DNA from: a virus
Length of the DNA: 64,000 bases
Strand: one strand, 5' to 3'
Virus record (IMG/VR): IMGVR_UViG_3300022699_000302
Coordinates: 130,115-194,114 of that record
Shown piece after piece: positions 45,287 through 55,053 of the stretch (positions are counted from its first letter, which is position 1; each line of letters begins with the position of its first letter). The notes beneath the pieces were generated by a model, which saw only the letters and a program-made list of their open reading frames with translations, was not told the origin of the DNA and searched no databases. The position numbers and the translations under genes were made by a program.

Positions 45287-45856
45287 ATGTCCAATCCTGT
45301 TGAGGAAGCAATGAACCGTGCGACCGTAGAGCTCAAGGAAAAGCTCGCGGGTTACCACGAGAAACAGGCCGCATACCAGTCCCATCTCGAAGACCATCCT
45401 GACGAGAAGATGGCTTCTGACATTCTTACCGAAGAGATGGATCGTATCACGTCCGGCATTCGTACCGCTAACGATGAGCGTGAAGGCATCGAGCCGACAC
45501 CGTCGTATGAGGTAAACGAAGAAGGGTCCACATCTGAAGAAGACTTCAAGGCCGCCGAGGACGACGAGTCCAAGGAAGCTGAAGAAAAAGAAGTCAAGAT
45601 GAAGGACAAAGGTAACGGAAGCCAGAAGGGCGATAAGCACGACGGCGATTCCGAGTCCCCGAATGCTCTGGATTACAACGACAAGTCCAAGTCGGACAAG
45701 GACAAAAAGAAGACAGATGAGGAGCCGGAAATGAAGGCGGCTCACATCATGGATCTTCTGCAGAACGATCCTGATGTCCAGCGGGGCTTCCGTGACGGGC
45801 TGAAAGAGCGTGCGCCTCAGATTCTGAAGTCTTCGGCGATTCTGCTGTCTCGATAA
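45287..45856 (+). CDS. Acidic low-complexity hypothetical protein
   Basis: AGGAG RBS before ATG 45287. Confidence 0.6.
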   Translation: MSNPVEEAMNRATVELKEKLAGYHEKQAAYQSHLEDHPDEKMASDILTEEMDRITSGIRTANDEREGIEPTPSYEVNEEGSTSEEDFKAAEDDESKEAEEKEVKMKDKGNGSQKGDKHDGDSESPNALDYNDKSKSDKDKKKTDEEPEMKAAHIMDLLQNDPDVQRGFRDGLKERAPQILKSSAILLSR

Positions 45857-45869
45857 ATCGAGGTAAAGC

Positions 45870-46424
45870 ATGGCTTTCCAGGTACATGTAGTCGACGTCG
45901 ACCTATTGGATGACGCCGGCAACAAGCATAACACGCTGCAGAGAGCGTCTGTCCCGGCGGAGGTTACCGGATCGACTGCTGGTGTAACTCTTCGTATCGC
46001 GTTCAACGGTGTGAACTTTGATTTTATTGAAGGTACTCACTGGAACAACGCGGCAACTAATGAAGAGAACGCTCGTTTGATCGCCGCCGCGATCTACCGT
46101 GACACCGACTGCCCCGCTACCGCAGACTGGGACAACGGTGCCGCGACTTTCACCATCTATGCCCGGAAAGCTGGACGGTACGGCGAGGGAATTACAGCCG
46201 AGCGCACCGCAGGCGCTAATGTCGACATCGACGGTGGTGCGGGACCCGAGAACTTGTCGAACGGTACTGGATCGAACAGCGGACCCGATCAGCTGCAGGC
46301 CTGGCTCGACGCTAATGTACCTGTGATCGGCGGTGCTGCCGGTGAACGTATTGCCGGTTCTCTCAAGGTCCGCCCCCTCACCACAGAAAGCTCTGCCGTT
46401 CTCGTTATGTGGGAAGAGAACTAA
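45870..46424 (+). CDS. Virion protein with a sheath-insert-like domain
   Basis: GAGGT RBS; ARLIAAAI..TIYARKAGRYGEGIT pattern. Confidence 0.5.
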   Translation: MAFQVHVVDVDLLDDAGNKHNTLQRASVPAEVTGSTAGVTLRIAFNGVNFDFIEGTHWNNAATNEENARLIAAAIYRDTDCPATADWDNGAATFTIYARKAGRYGEGITAERTAGANVDIDGGAGPENLSNGTGSNSGPDQLQAWLDANVPVIGGAAGERIAGSLKVRPLTTESSAVLVMWEEN

Positions 46425-46428
46425 GTGA

Positions 46429-47109
46429 ATGGCGAATACGTTTGTTGATCCTGATGAACCCGAAAATCCGCACGAGCCTCTAAAATTCTTTTCTCTTGGA
46501 AACGAAGAGGCTCGTGCGGACGTGGGTTCGCGGGCACAGCGGCTGATTCTCGACATTCTTCAAACCATGTTCGGGTCTGACGAGATCTTAGACGGCTGCC
46601 CGAACCCCTATCGTTGGTACCCCAGCACATCCGGTGATGAGAGCGAAATCCTTATCGCTCACTCATTCGTTGAAGAGCACACCATCAAGAACCCGAATCA
46701 CTCGATCCTGGTAGGTCGCAGAGCAATCGAGACGATGAAGACTGGGATCAATAATTGGAACCAACCCAACCTGGTCAAGTCCGGAGGAAAGTTTTCCACC
46801 CTAGCCCGGACTGCAATTGACATCGAATGTAAGTCCAGAAAATCCAAAGAGGCGAATACAATCGCCACACTGGTATGGATGGCTCTTCTGATGTATCGCG
46901 ACGTGATCCGCAGAAGAGGCGACTTCTTCCGAGTAGGTAACCCTGTAATGGGCGCTGAACAAGTCGCGAAGGGTCAACAGGATTCTGAGATCAAAGAGAC
47001 CGTTGTCCTGGTGTCCTTACCTCTAGAATGGTCTATGACGTGGGTATTTTCTTCTAACCTGCGGAAAAAACTGCAAGTGATGATGACAACGAATGTTGTC
47101 GACTGCTAA
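46429..47109 (+). CDS. Tail terminator/completion protein
   Basis: Directly upstream of the sheath; IDIECKSRKSKEANTIA pattern. Confidence 0.5.
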   Translation: MANTFVDPDEPENPHEPLKFFSLGNEEARADVGSRAQRLILDILQTMFGSDEILDGCPNPYRWYPSTSGDESEILIAHSFVEEHTIKNPNHSILVGRRAIETMKTGINNWNQPNLVKSGGKFSTLARTAIDIECKSRKSKEANTIATLVWMALLMYRDVIRRRGDFFRVGNPVMGAEQVAKGQQDSEIKETVVLVSLPLEWSMTWVFSSNLRKKLQVMMTTNVVDC

Positions 47110-47122
47110 GAGGAGTTAAACC

Positions 47123-50100
47123 ATGGCCGGAGCCCCGCTTCCCAATGGCCCGATTCAGCCGCCTGATGTAACAGTTCAGCAGATCTTTCGGCTGAACCAG
47201 CCTCTGCCGGTTGATTCTGGCCTGCCGACCGTTTACATCGGGGTCAATCGCCACATCGAATACGAGGAAGAACTGGGATCTTATGTCGGAGGCGGCAGTG
47301 ATGTCGAACTGACAATCTCGTCTCTTCTGGATTTCGCCGGAGCTACCATCGTTGATATCGACTCAGTTAGTTGGGTCGACTCTGAAGACGACAGCAATAA
47401 CACTACCCGGGAACTTCCCTACGTCTTCATGCGTCATCCGCTCTATGGCGACCTCGAGATCTCTGAAGGAGCTTCAGGGTACACCATCGATTCGGCGAAC
47501 GCGACCCTGACTGTCGATAGCGGTCTTTCTCTTACCGTAGATGCGGTGGATTCGAGCACTGGGGCGTATACCGCCTGGGGCACCCCGAACTACGGTCGCC
47601 GTACCTTTACTGACCTGGAAGCCGATTTCCTCGAATCCGGAGTTGAGGCTGGCAACACGATTTGGATCGGGGGCATCGCAGCCTTCGATATCATCTCAGT
47701 CAGCAACTCCACCCAACTTATCGTGGAGGATGCTACCGGGACTAACATTCAGCCCTCGACTGAAGTGGCTTCGGGAGTCAACTATGTGGTCAAGAAGACC
47801 CTGACTGGCTCCAGCCTTTCCGGTCCGATCTACATCACGTACGCGGCTAATCGTACCGACCGACTCAACCAGATTCAGACGGTTGTGTCGGATACTCGTG
47901 AAGAACAGGTCGGATTGGCCAATATCCTCAACCCCCTCGGACTTGCCACGAGTATCGGTCTGCTAAACACGAACACTTCTGTTCTGGCTCTGCAGATTGA
48001 TGCCGACAATGTGGCCGGACATACCGAAGCACTGGAAGTGCTGTCCAATACCGAAGTCCCGTATAACCTTGTGCCGCTGACTCAAGAGGACGCTGTCTTA
48101 GCTCTCTATCAGAGCCATGTAGTCTCTGAGTCGGATCCGGACGTCAAACACGAGCGACGTCTCTGGCAGTCCAAGGACGTACTAGAGGAGAGCTGCAAGG
48201 TTGATGATAATGACTCGACTTTCCAGACTCTAACCACCCCGACAGACACAGACGTCACTTTCACTGTTCTGGCCGGCGGAAAGAATATTCACACCTTCGG
48301 TGTCGAGCAGGGCGATGTCCTCAAAGACACCACCCCCGGCTTTGGAGGCGAAGGTCGGATTGTGTCGATTACCCCGACTGGGGGAGACGACGATCCGGTC
48401 AATGTGATTCTTGCCAGCCCTAATACTCTGGGGCAGCAAGGTGGACAAGCCGAGATGACTCTGGACCCTGGTGTCGGAGCTCAGCAAGGCGGTTTCCGAG
48501 TCGACACTATCGGCGGTGCTTTGGCCGGCGAAACGTTGACCATCTTGGGCCAGGTCTTCACTAATGGCGTTGAGTGGACCAATATGGCCACTCTGGTAGA
48601 TGCGATCAACAATACTTTCGACGGAGCACTGACCGCCTCGGATCAGGGTGCCGGCGAGTTGCGAGTAGTGACTGACACTGGCGGCTGGACCGATGCACGC
48701 CTCCTGGCTGAGAACTACACGGTTTCCACGAACATTACAGGTGCGACTCTCGAGTCGATTTCCGGTAGTACCACACCTGTAACTCAGTTCGTGATCGACG
48801 ACATGCCTGACGGGATTCAGGACGGTGAGACGTTCCAGGTCCGAGATCAGGCCGGTACGGTGGTCACTTTCGAGTTCGACAACCAGTTGATCCTGAACAA
48901 CGGTGATGCCGGTGACGGATCCTCAGTAACAGCCGGCGCTTTTGCTGTTCTGGTTGGTGGGCCCGCTATGAGCTCAACCGACATTCGCGATCAGATCATC
49001 GATGCAATCAACCGTAAGGTTCATACCGGAGAGTTTACCGCCGAAGCCGATGCAGTTACTCCTCTGGTACGAATCACTGCGGACGCCACCGGGCAGGTCG
49101 GTGCTACTCCTGCAAGCGGCACGATCGTTACGACGATCGGCGGTCAAGAAGGCGGAGCTCAGATCGACGTATCCGGTGCTTTGGTCGGCGAAACGGTAAC
49201 TATCGCTGGTACGGTGTTCACCAACGCAGCTGTTCCGGCACTCTCTACTGAATGGAGTAACGCAGCAGAGCTGGCCTCGGCCATCAACGCGAACATCCCT
49301 AACGTCAACGCGACGGACGCTGGTACGGTCGTAACGGTTAGAACAACTACTTATGGCTGGACTAACGCTCTTCTGCTTTCCGACGGTCTCACAGTTGCCG
49401 ACACCGTTACTGGTGCGGACTGGACGCGAGTCGGTGGCGCGGCGTTGTCCCCTGCCGGACAATTCAATATCGAAGGCGCCACGGCCGGTGTCCGAGATGG
49501 CGAGACCTTCACGATCAATGACGGACTGATCTCCGCTGTTACCTTCGAATTCGATCGAGACGGTTCGGTCGGGGCGGGCAACGTAGCTATCAACGTCAGT
49601 GCCCTGGCAACAGCCTCACAGCTGGCCACGGCGGTTGAGTCCGCGATCAACGCCTCATCGCTCAGCGTAACCGCTAACGCGGTGGGCGGAACGGTGACAT
49701 TGACTCACGATATTGCTGGCACTGTCGGCAACAACCCTGTTACTGAGACTGTCGCTGATGCCGGCTTTACCGTAACCGGTCTTACCGGTGGTGGTAACGG
49801 AACAATGGTCGGGGCCGAGACAGTTAGCGCTGTGGCCTTTACAGTCACCTCAGTGTCGGCAGGCACAGGAGCCATTAATGGCTCGCCTCTGACCGACTGG
49901 GAGATCTGCACGAATCCGCTGACTGTGGACCAAAGGGCTAATGAGATCGCACGAGTGCCTCTGGCCCTCGATGAAAAGCGTGTGTCCAACGTCTGGCCGA
50001 GCTCAGCAGATATCGTCTTTACCGACGAGTCAGCTGGGTTGATCGGAGACCTCGAAGAGCTCGGGATCTTCAACGGGGCTGACGCTATTGTCCAGAGTGC

Positions 50101-50638
50101 GCCTGGTTACTACATCTGCGCAGCTCTGGCGGCTCGACGCTCTGGGTTGAACCCAGCGCTTCCCCTGACCAACCGGCCACTCTCCGGTATCTATCAACTT
50201 CGCGAGGTACGAGACGTCTTTACCCGCGATCAGCTCCTTCGTATCGGCTCGACGGGTAACACCCTGATGGAGCAACGAGGAGGTGAGGCCACTTCGATTA
50301 CAGCGGTACGCTGTGTGACCACAGACGTGACTGATCTTAAGGTGGCCGAGGAAAGCGTGGTCGCTCAGGTGGACAACTTCACTCGAGACGTCCGGCTCAC
50401 AGCTCGCCCGATCTTTGGGCAGAACGTAATCGATCCTGAAGGACAGTTCCTGGACTTGTTCTCTGCGAAGGTGCAGTCGGTGATCAACCGCTACACTGAT
50501 CGTGCGAACCGACGGGCCCGTTCGATTCGAATTCGGAGGGTCTTCGAGGATCCGAACAACAAGGATACTGTGATCATGGAGGTCGACTACAACCCGCTGT
50601 TCGGTGCGAACCAGGGTATCATTCGACTCTTTATCTAA
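47123..50638 (+). CDS. Contractile tail sheath with duplicated inserted domains
   Basis: PYNLVPLTQ, YYICAALAA, LPLTNRPLSG, QLLRIGSTGN, and C-terminal YNPLFGANQGIIRLFI; precedes the tube gene. Confidence 0.85.
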   Translation: MAGAPLPNGPIQPPDVTVQQIFRLNQPLPVDSGLPTVYIGVNRHIEYEEELGSYVGGGSDVELTISSLLDFAGATIVDIDSVSWVDSEDDSNNTTRELPYVFMRHPLYGDLEISEGASGYTIDSANATLTVDSGLSLTVDAVDSSTGAYTAWGTPNYGRRTFTDLEADFLESGVEAGNTIWIGGIAAFDIISVSNSTQLIVEDATGTNIQPSTEVASGVNYVVKKTLTGSSLSGPIYITYAANRTDRLNQIQTVVSDTREEQVGLANILNPLGLATSIGLLNTNTSVLALQIDADNVAGHTEALEVLSNTEVPYNLVPLTQEDAVLALYQSHVVSESDPDVKHERRLWQSKDVLEESCKVDDNDSTFQTLTTPTDTDVTFTVLAGGKNIHTFGVEQGDVLKDTTPGFGGEGRIVSITPTGGDDDPVNVILASPNTLGQQGGQAEMTLDPGVGAQQGGFRVDTIGGALAGETLTILGQVFTNGVEWTNMATLVDAINNTFDGALTASDQGAGELRVVTDTGGWTDARLLAENYTVSTNITGATLESISGSTTPVTQFVIDDMPDGIQDGETFQVRDQAGTVVTFEFDNQLILNNGDAGDGSSVTAGAFAVLVGGPAMSSTDIRDQIIDAINRKVHTGEFTAEADAVTPLVRITADATGQVGATPASGTIVTTIGGQEGGAQIDVSGALVGETVTIAGTVFTNAAVPALSTEWSNAAELASAINANIPNVNATDAGTVVTVRTTTYGWTNALLLSDGLTVADTVTGADWTRVGGAALSPAGQFNIEGATAGVRDGETFTINDGLISAVTFEFDRDGSVGAGNVAINVSALATASQLATAVESAINASSLSVTANAVGGTVTLTHDIAGTVGNNPVTETVADAGFTVTGLTGGGNGTMVGAETVSAVAFTVTSVSAGTGAINGSPLTDWEICTNPLTVDQRANEIARVPLALDEKRVSNVWPSSADIVFTDESAGLIGDLEELGIFNGADAIVQSAPGYYICAALAARRSGLNPALPLTNRPLSGIYQLREVRDVFTRDQLLRIGSTGNTLMEQRGGEATSITAVRCVTTDVTDLKVAEESVVAQVDNFTRDVRLTARPIFGQNVIDPEGQFLDLFSAKVQSVINRYTDRANRRARSIRIRRVFEDPNNKDTVIMEVDYNPLFGANQGIIRLFI

Positions 50639-50656
50639 GCACATCTGGAGCTTGGT

Positions 50657-51457
50657 ATGGCAACGAACTTTTTGAAATGGAAGTGGACCTCGGCCCACGT
50701 ACAAACCGAGATTGTCAACGGTGAGTATGTGACGTCGGAAGCCACGTTGATCTGCGCGGGCCCGCCTCGTTTGGAGATTCTCCAGGCGGTGCAGGAAGAC
50801 GCGGATGTTCAGGGCATTCTTGATGTAGCCCTGGAGCAGTCGACCGCCCCGCTTCAGCCGATCGGTTTGATTTCCAACTTCCAGATGAGCCAGAGCCGTC
50901 AGGTCAACCGCTTGTTCGAGATCGGTTCGGTCCGGGCGTATCTGATTCCTGGTAAGATGTTCGCGACGTTCTCGATGGGACGCGTGAAGTTTTACGGACC
51001 GTCTCTTCTGCGGATGCTCTACTCCTGGTACCCCAACACTGCTCTCGACTTCGATCATGGCGATTTCGAGGTTACGCTCACTGAGGAACAAAGCAGGCAG
51101 TTCGGGCCGGGTGGACCGTTCCCCGACATCACGTATGAAGACGCCCCGGGTTTCGGCGACTCCGACGCTAATACGGTGGGTATCGAGAACAATGTTGATT
51201 CGATCAAGAACAACAACGACTTCTGGATCAACCTCACGTCGGTGCTGTTCCGTCAGAGCACAGGTCTGGCGCTCATCTTCAAGGCGAGCAACAACCGTAC
51301 CTACGGCGCTTGCTACCTCGAGGATGTGATGCTGGAAGGTCACGGATTCGGAATCGACGCTAACAACGTGGTAATCACTGAGGCCACTAATGGCCAGTTT
51401 GACCGTGCTCGTCCGATTCGTATCCTTAGTTTGGATCCGCTGGCTAGTGCGGTATAA
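50657..51457 (+). CDS. Tail tube protein
   Basis: IGLISNFQMSQSRQVNRLFEIGS..YLIPG; CYLEDVMLEGHGFGIDA. Confidence 0.75.
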   Translation: MATNFLKWKWTSAHVQTEIVNGEYVTSEATLICAGPPRLEILQAVQEDADVQGILDVALEQSTAPLQPIGLISNFQMSQSRQVNRLFEIGSVRAYLIPGKMFATFSMGRVKFYGPSLLRMLYSWYPNTALDFDHGDFEVTLTEEQSRQFGPGGPFPDITYEDAPGFGDSDANTVGIENNVDSIKNNNDFWINLTSVLFRQSTGLALIFKASNNRTYGACYLEDVMLEGHGFGIDANNVVITEATNGQFDRARPIRILSLDPLASAV

Positions 51458-51497
51458 GCTTCCTCTGACGTAGTTCGTGCGTCATCTCCTGGAGGAA

Positions 51498-51523
51498 AAG
51501 GACCGGTCGTGTGGCCGGTCCTT
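51498..51523. terminator. Hairpin between convergent operons
   Basis: AAGGACCGGTC-GTGT-GGCCGGTCCTT, preceded by a second hairpin at about 51461-51498. Confidence 0.65.
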
Positions 51524-51525
51524 AC

Positions 51526-51864
51526 TTATTCTAGGAGCAGAGTGTCTTCGTCGTCTTCATCTTCATCGTCTTCGTCGTCTTCATCGAGCTCGTCTTCAGC
51601 TCCTTCAGGGAGGGCAAAGACTTCGACATATCCGTGGATGTTTGAGGGCGCAGTGCAATACCCGATCTCGTGGCGACGAAGCCATGAACAGATGCGATCT
51701 ACATTTCGAGCCGGTATCACGATAGTAAAGGGCTGTCGATAGGAGCACCACATCTCAGCGTGCGCCATCTGCAGACCAGCGTAAAACGCTTGTTTAGGAG
51801 AAAGGTCGTCGACTGGGTCTATGTCCAGCTCGTAATACTCATCCAGTGACATACTCAAGAACAT
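51526..51864 (-). CDS. Small, very acidic protein
   Basis: Ends EDELDEDDEDDEDEDDEDTLLLE. Confidence 0.65.
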   Translation of the reverse strand: MFLSMSLDEYYELDIDPVDDLSPKQAFYAGLQMAHAEMWCSYRQPFTIVIPARNVDRICSWLRRHEIGYCTAPSNIHGYVEVFALPEGAEDELDEDDEDDEDEDDEDTLLLE

Positions 51865-52708
51865 GCTCCGTTACGGGTTCAATCTGTTTAGTCTTCATAG
51901 GGTTTTCTGGGCCCTCAGGCCCCTCCTTCCCCGAGTCAAACTGATTGAGGCGGTTGCCATTTAGTTCGATATACAGCTTCCGCAAAGCATTGTTCTCGAT
52001 TTTCCTGATCTTCTCGGTGGTTAGATCCAGGATTTTAGCCAGATCGGTATAGGTGTAGTCTCGGTCAAAGAACCCATAGCGATGGCATACGATGATACGC
52101 TCAAGAGGCTGCAAAGTTTTGATCGCCTCTTTGAGTTGTTCGTTGGTGACAGCCTGATCGATTAAGTCGATCACGCTTTCGGTAGTGAAGTCTTCGTGGT
52201 CGAATTCTTCGAAGGCAGAGATAGGGACCAGGTTTGTTTTAGAGTTCTTGACCTGGCTCAGGGCCTTGGCAGGACGGGACGAATTGACTTCGAAAAGAAT
52301 AGCCTTCCGTATGTAGTCCTCGATATGCCATGCCCCGTAGGTAATGAGTTTGCACTCTTTTCCCGGATCAAACTCTTCGATGGCGCGGACTAGGCCCAGA
52401 CATCCCTCAGAAATAGCCTCCAGAAACAAGGAGTTCGATGGTCGGGAAGTGGATTGATGGTTTTTGACCAGTGACTTGGCTTTCTGGATGATGAACTTGA
52501 GATTGTGGTAGACCAGCTTTTGGACAGCATCCTGGTCGCCGGCAGCTGCTTGTCTGAGAAGAGTCTTCTCTTCCTCGAGAGTCAGTAGCTGGATGTTCTT
52601 CGACTGCTCAAAGAAGGCATGGATATCTTGATCAAAAATAAAGCGATCATAGCCCTTGGGGAGGGCTTTCTTCTTCCCCTTCTTTTTCTTCTTGGGCCTC
52701 TTCGCCAT
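51839..52708 (-). CDS. Sigma-70 family RNA polymerase sigma factor
   Basis: Region 1.2 LLTLEEE, 2.1 LVYHNLKFI, 2.2-2.4 EGCLGLVRAIEEFDP..LITYGAWHI, region 4 HTH YTYTDLAKILDLTTEKIRKIENNALRKL. Confidence 0.93.
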   Translation of the reverse strand: MAKRPKKKKKGKKKALPKGYDRFIFDQDIHAFFEQSKNIQLLTLEEEKTLLRQAAAGDQDAVQKLVYHNLKFIIQKAKSLVKNHQSTSRPSNSLFLEAISEGCLGLVRAIEEFDPGKECKLITYGAWHIEDYIRKAILFEVNSSRPAKALSQVKNSKTNLVPISAFEEFDHEDFTTESVIDLIDQAVTNEQLKEAIKTLQPLERIIVCHRYGFFDRDYTYTDLAKILDLTTEKIRKIENNALRKLYIELNGNRLNQFDSGKEGPEGPENPMKTKQIEPVTEHVLEYVTG

Positions 52709-53157
52709 TAGCCAAACGCCTTCTTCAATACCTTCAGTATAGTGTCAACAGCCATTTCGACCTGCTCACCCGGCAGTCCGGTAATGATTACGTCGTATTG
52801 ATGCTTGTACACCGGACTGACATCTGTCTCGATCGTAGTGATCTTTTCGGGGTACCTTTTGCCAGGCTCATGCTTCTTCACCCATTTTTGGATTGTCTCG
52901 AGGATACGGCGCATCACCGTAATCCCTCTGCAGTTCTTGAAGTGCATTTTGAGATCCCACTGGGACCGCCGGCGGGTCCATGGGGTACACTGTATGCTCA
53001 AGGAGAAAGCGTTGTCGAAGTAAGTCCCCGAGATGTTGACAGGTTGCGGGAAGAAATAGTCCTGTAGCTGCCCGTCATCATCCCAAAAGTCCTCGAACTC
53101 CTTGAATTCGCCTTCGGTGTCCCTCGGGAGAATGATACGTCCTGAATCATTGCTCAT
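52708..53157 (-). CDS. Hypothetical protein
   Basis: GAGG before ATG 53157; coupled to the sigma gene. Confidence 0.6.
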   Translation of the reverse strand: MSNDSGRIILPRDTEGEFKEFEDFWDDDGQLQDYFFPQPVNISGTYFDNAFSLSIQCTPWTRRRSQWDLKMHFKNCRGITVMRRILETIQKWVKKHEPGKRYPEKITTIETDVSPVYKHQYDVIITGLPGEQVEMAVDTILKVLKKAFG

Positions 53158-53680
53158 AGAAAATAGCCTCTTTGATGTCGGGCCGGCCCAATACAAAAGA
53201 TACTAGCTTGGACATGCCCAGTCGGTGCAAAAGGATCTGCATGATAGCCCCGGCGTAGTAACTTCTAGCGGTATATGCCTTGAATCGCGCTTCCTCCCCT
53301 AACCGAGAGACAATGTCTTTCCTGACGGTTAAGGTCTTTATGTAGGGGAAGGTGACTCGGATTGCCGTACGATTGGGGCCCCGGCATTTCCTTGCGGCGA
53401 TAGCGATATCGCCTAGCTCCCCCTTCCGTAACCCGTCCATGAGAATCTCAAAAACACGCCCGTATGATAGCTCAGTAACTTCCTGAAGCGTTTCTAATGC
53501 CTTGAGGGTGTCTGAGCTCAGTCTTATCCGGAGACGGGCTGAGAATCGTCGTCGCTTGGCTCGCTTACGGTGTAGGTCATCGTGAAGCCGCAGGCCGGAC
53601 ACTCGACTTCGTCTTGCTTGGTCCCGTCGGAGAGCTTCACCATCTTCTCGGTCATGTGGCTGAATCCGCATTCCGGGCAT
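53147..53680 (-). CDS. Putative tandem ribbon-helix-helix DNA-binding protein (start uncertain)
   Basis: RLRIRLSSDTLKALETL..SYGRVFEIL and KTLTVRKDIVSRLGEEA..YYAGAIMQIL both fit the RHH strand-helix-helix pattern. Confidence 0.4.
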   Translation of the reverse strand: MPGMRIQPHDREDGEALRRDQARRSRVSGLRLHDDLHRKRAKRRRFSARLRIRLSSDTLKALETLQEVTELSYGRVFEILMDGLRKGELGDIAIAARKCRGPNRTAIRVTFPYIKTLTVRKDIVSRLGEEARFKAYTARSYYAGAIMQILLHRLGMSKLVSFVLGRPDIKEAIFYEQ

Positions 53681-53724
53681 ACGTCTGATACTCCATACTT
53701 ATTCATCGTCATGTCATCCTCCAC
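53524..53724 (-). CDS. Small zinc-ribbon protein
   Basis: GGAGG RBS; CPECG and CPACG. Confidence 0.65.
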   Translation of the reverse strand: MEDDMTMNKYGVSDVCPECGFSHMTEKMVKLSDGTKQDEVECPACGFTMTYTVSEPSDDDSQPVSG

Positions 53725-53729
53725 TTTTA

Positions 53730-54320
53730 TTATAGCTCAATTTCGATGTCAGCCGTAGCACGGAACGTTTCTCGGCCAGCCAAAGCAATACCTACTGCGT
53801 CATAGACATCGCTGAGTTTATCGCTGCCGGCTGCCTCTTCAGCGATATTCCAGCTGTCTCCTACCACGAGAGCCGCAACTGCTGTTTTGATCTCCGTCTT
53901 AAGCCACTCGTTCTTAGCCTTATCGAACTGAGACTTCTTCCGACCCCCCGATTTCAGAGGAAAGTGGTTGGAGCAATCAATCAAGCTTTTCCACGTCGGG
54001 ACAGTCAGAGTTACGGGGCTGCACTCAAAAGCTTGATGTACCGAGACCATAGCTACGGCCAGGTACTGCATCAGTACGGCATAGGTCTTCATGTTGCGAA
54101 CTTTGGGAGGCTCCTCGAGGTAAGACTGAACGACGGTATCAGGACCGATCACCTCCTTGATCTCTTCAAAGATCTGCCTGAGCTGGGTTCCATAGGCGAT
54201 GAGTCGATCGGTCCCTTTAATCGTGGATTTCAACTTCGTTTTGTGGGCGTAGATCACAGCCTGCTCATTCAGCGCTGCTACAGCTCCCTTAGCCCCTACG
54301 TCGACTCCGATAAAATACAC
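53730..54320 (-). CDS. ruvC: RuvC-like Holliday junction resolvase
   Basis: FIGVDVG, YLEEPP, DVYDAVGIAL. Confidence 0.8.
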   Translation of the reverse strand: MYFIGVDVGAKGAVAALNEQAVIYAHKTKLKSTIKGTDRLIAYGTQLRQIFEEIKEVIGPDTVVQSYLEEPPKVRNMKTYAVLMQYLAVAMVSVHQAFECSPVTLTVPTWKSLIDCSNHFPLKSGGRKKSQFDKAKNEWLKTEIKTAVAALVVGDSWNIAEEAAGSDKLSDVYDAVGIALAGRETFRATADIEIEL

Positions 54321-55009
54321 TAGCTTCCACCTTTCTTCGGTATCCCCATCATACGCATGATGTTATCGGGTATGATCCGTTCATGGTCGGGCTTCGGTGC
54401 CGGACGGATCTGTTCCCAGTCCATCTGGTTGAACATCGACATCAGCAGATCTGAGGCAGCTTTCGGACTTAGGGAGTCTGGGCTTTTCCTGACCGATTTC
54501 GGTAGAAGTTGTGCCGGGAGTTTGATCTCAAAGGGGTCAGTGATCGGCAGGTAGTTAAGCCCAGGACGCTTGGCTCCTCCTTCAACGGTAAAGAGATAGT
54601 AGTGCGTTAGAGCGATGCGGCAGAGAAATGTTACCTCGGGTACGCGCATACTTCCTTCTTGCCGTACCCCGATTTTTATTTCGGCCACCGCAAGAGTGAA
54701 TTGATATTTCTGAGGACTGGTACCGTCATACTCAGGGAGCGATAAGAACCCTGAAGGAAGAATCTCATTTACATCTTCAGGTTCATCACTGGGCTGTTCA
54801 GTCTCCTGTTGGATCTCCTGCTTTTCTTCTTCGATCTCTGCGTCGGCAGACCCCATCATCGAAACAGGGTCTACGCCGAGTCCTTCGAAGTCCTCCTCTC
54901 TGACGAGGTGCTCAGGTAGGTCTTTTTTCTTTTTGCGCCGGCGCCTCTTCCTCCGTTTCTTTTTCTTCTTAGGAGGCTGCTGGGGCGGCTGGTCTGGATC
55001 GTCTGTCAT
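54320..55009 (-). CDS. Hypothetical protein with a poly-basic N-terminus
   Basis: GGAG before ATG 55009; PPKKKKKRRKRRRRKKKK. Confidence 0.65.
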   Translation of the reverse strand: MTDDPDQPPQQPPKKKKKRRKRRRRKKKKDLPEHLVREEDFEGLGVDPVSMMGSADAEIEEEKQEIQQETEQPSDEPEDVNEILPSGFLSLPEYDGTSPQKYQFTLAVAEIKIGVRQEGSMRVPEVTFLCRIALTHYYLFTVEGGAKRPGLNYLPITDPFEIKLPAQLLPKSVRKSPDSLSPKAASDLLMSMFNQMDWEQIRPAPKPDHERIIPDNIMRMMGIPKKGGS

Positions 55010-55025
55010 TGATATCTCCAGTAAA

Positions 55026-55050
55026 AGAAAAGGGGACAAGCCCCTTTTCT
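55026..55050. terminator. Bidirectional terminator-like hairpin
   Basis: AGAAAAGGGG-ACAAG-CCCCTTTTCT. Confidence 0.6.
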
Positions 55051-55053
55051 AGT

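Noticed and set aside
50030-51343. Long opposite-strand ORFs (e.g. 50030-51343, 41629-42420, 45164-46006, 32646-33254, 55627-56283)
   Set aside because: They are antisense shadows of well-supported genes with strong codon bias; they have no RBS or motifs.
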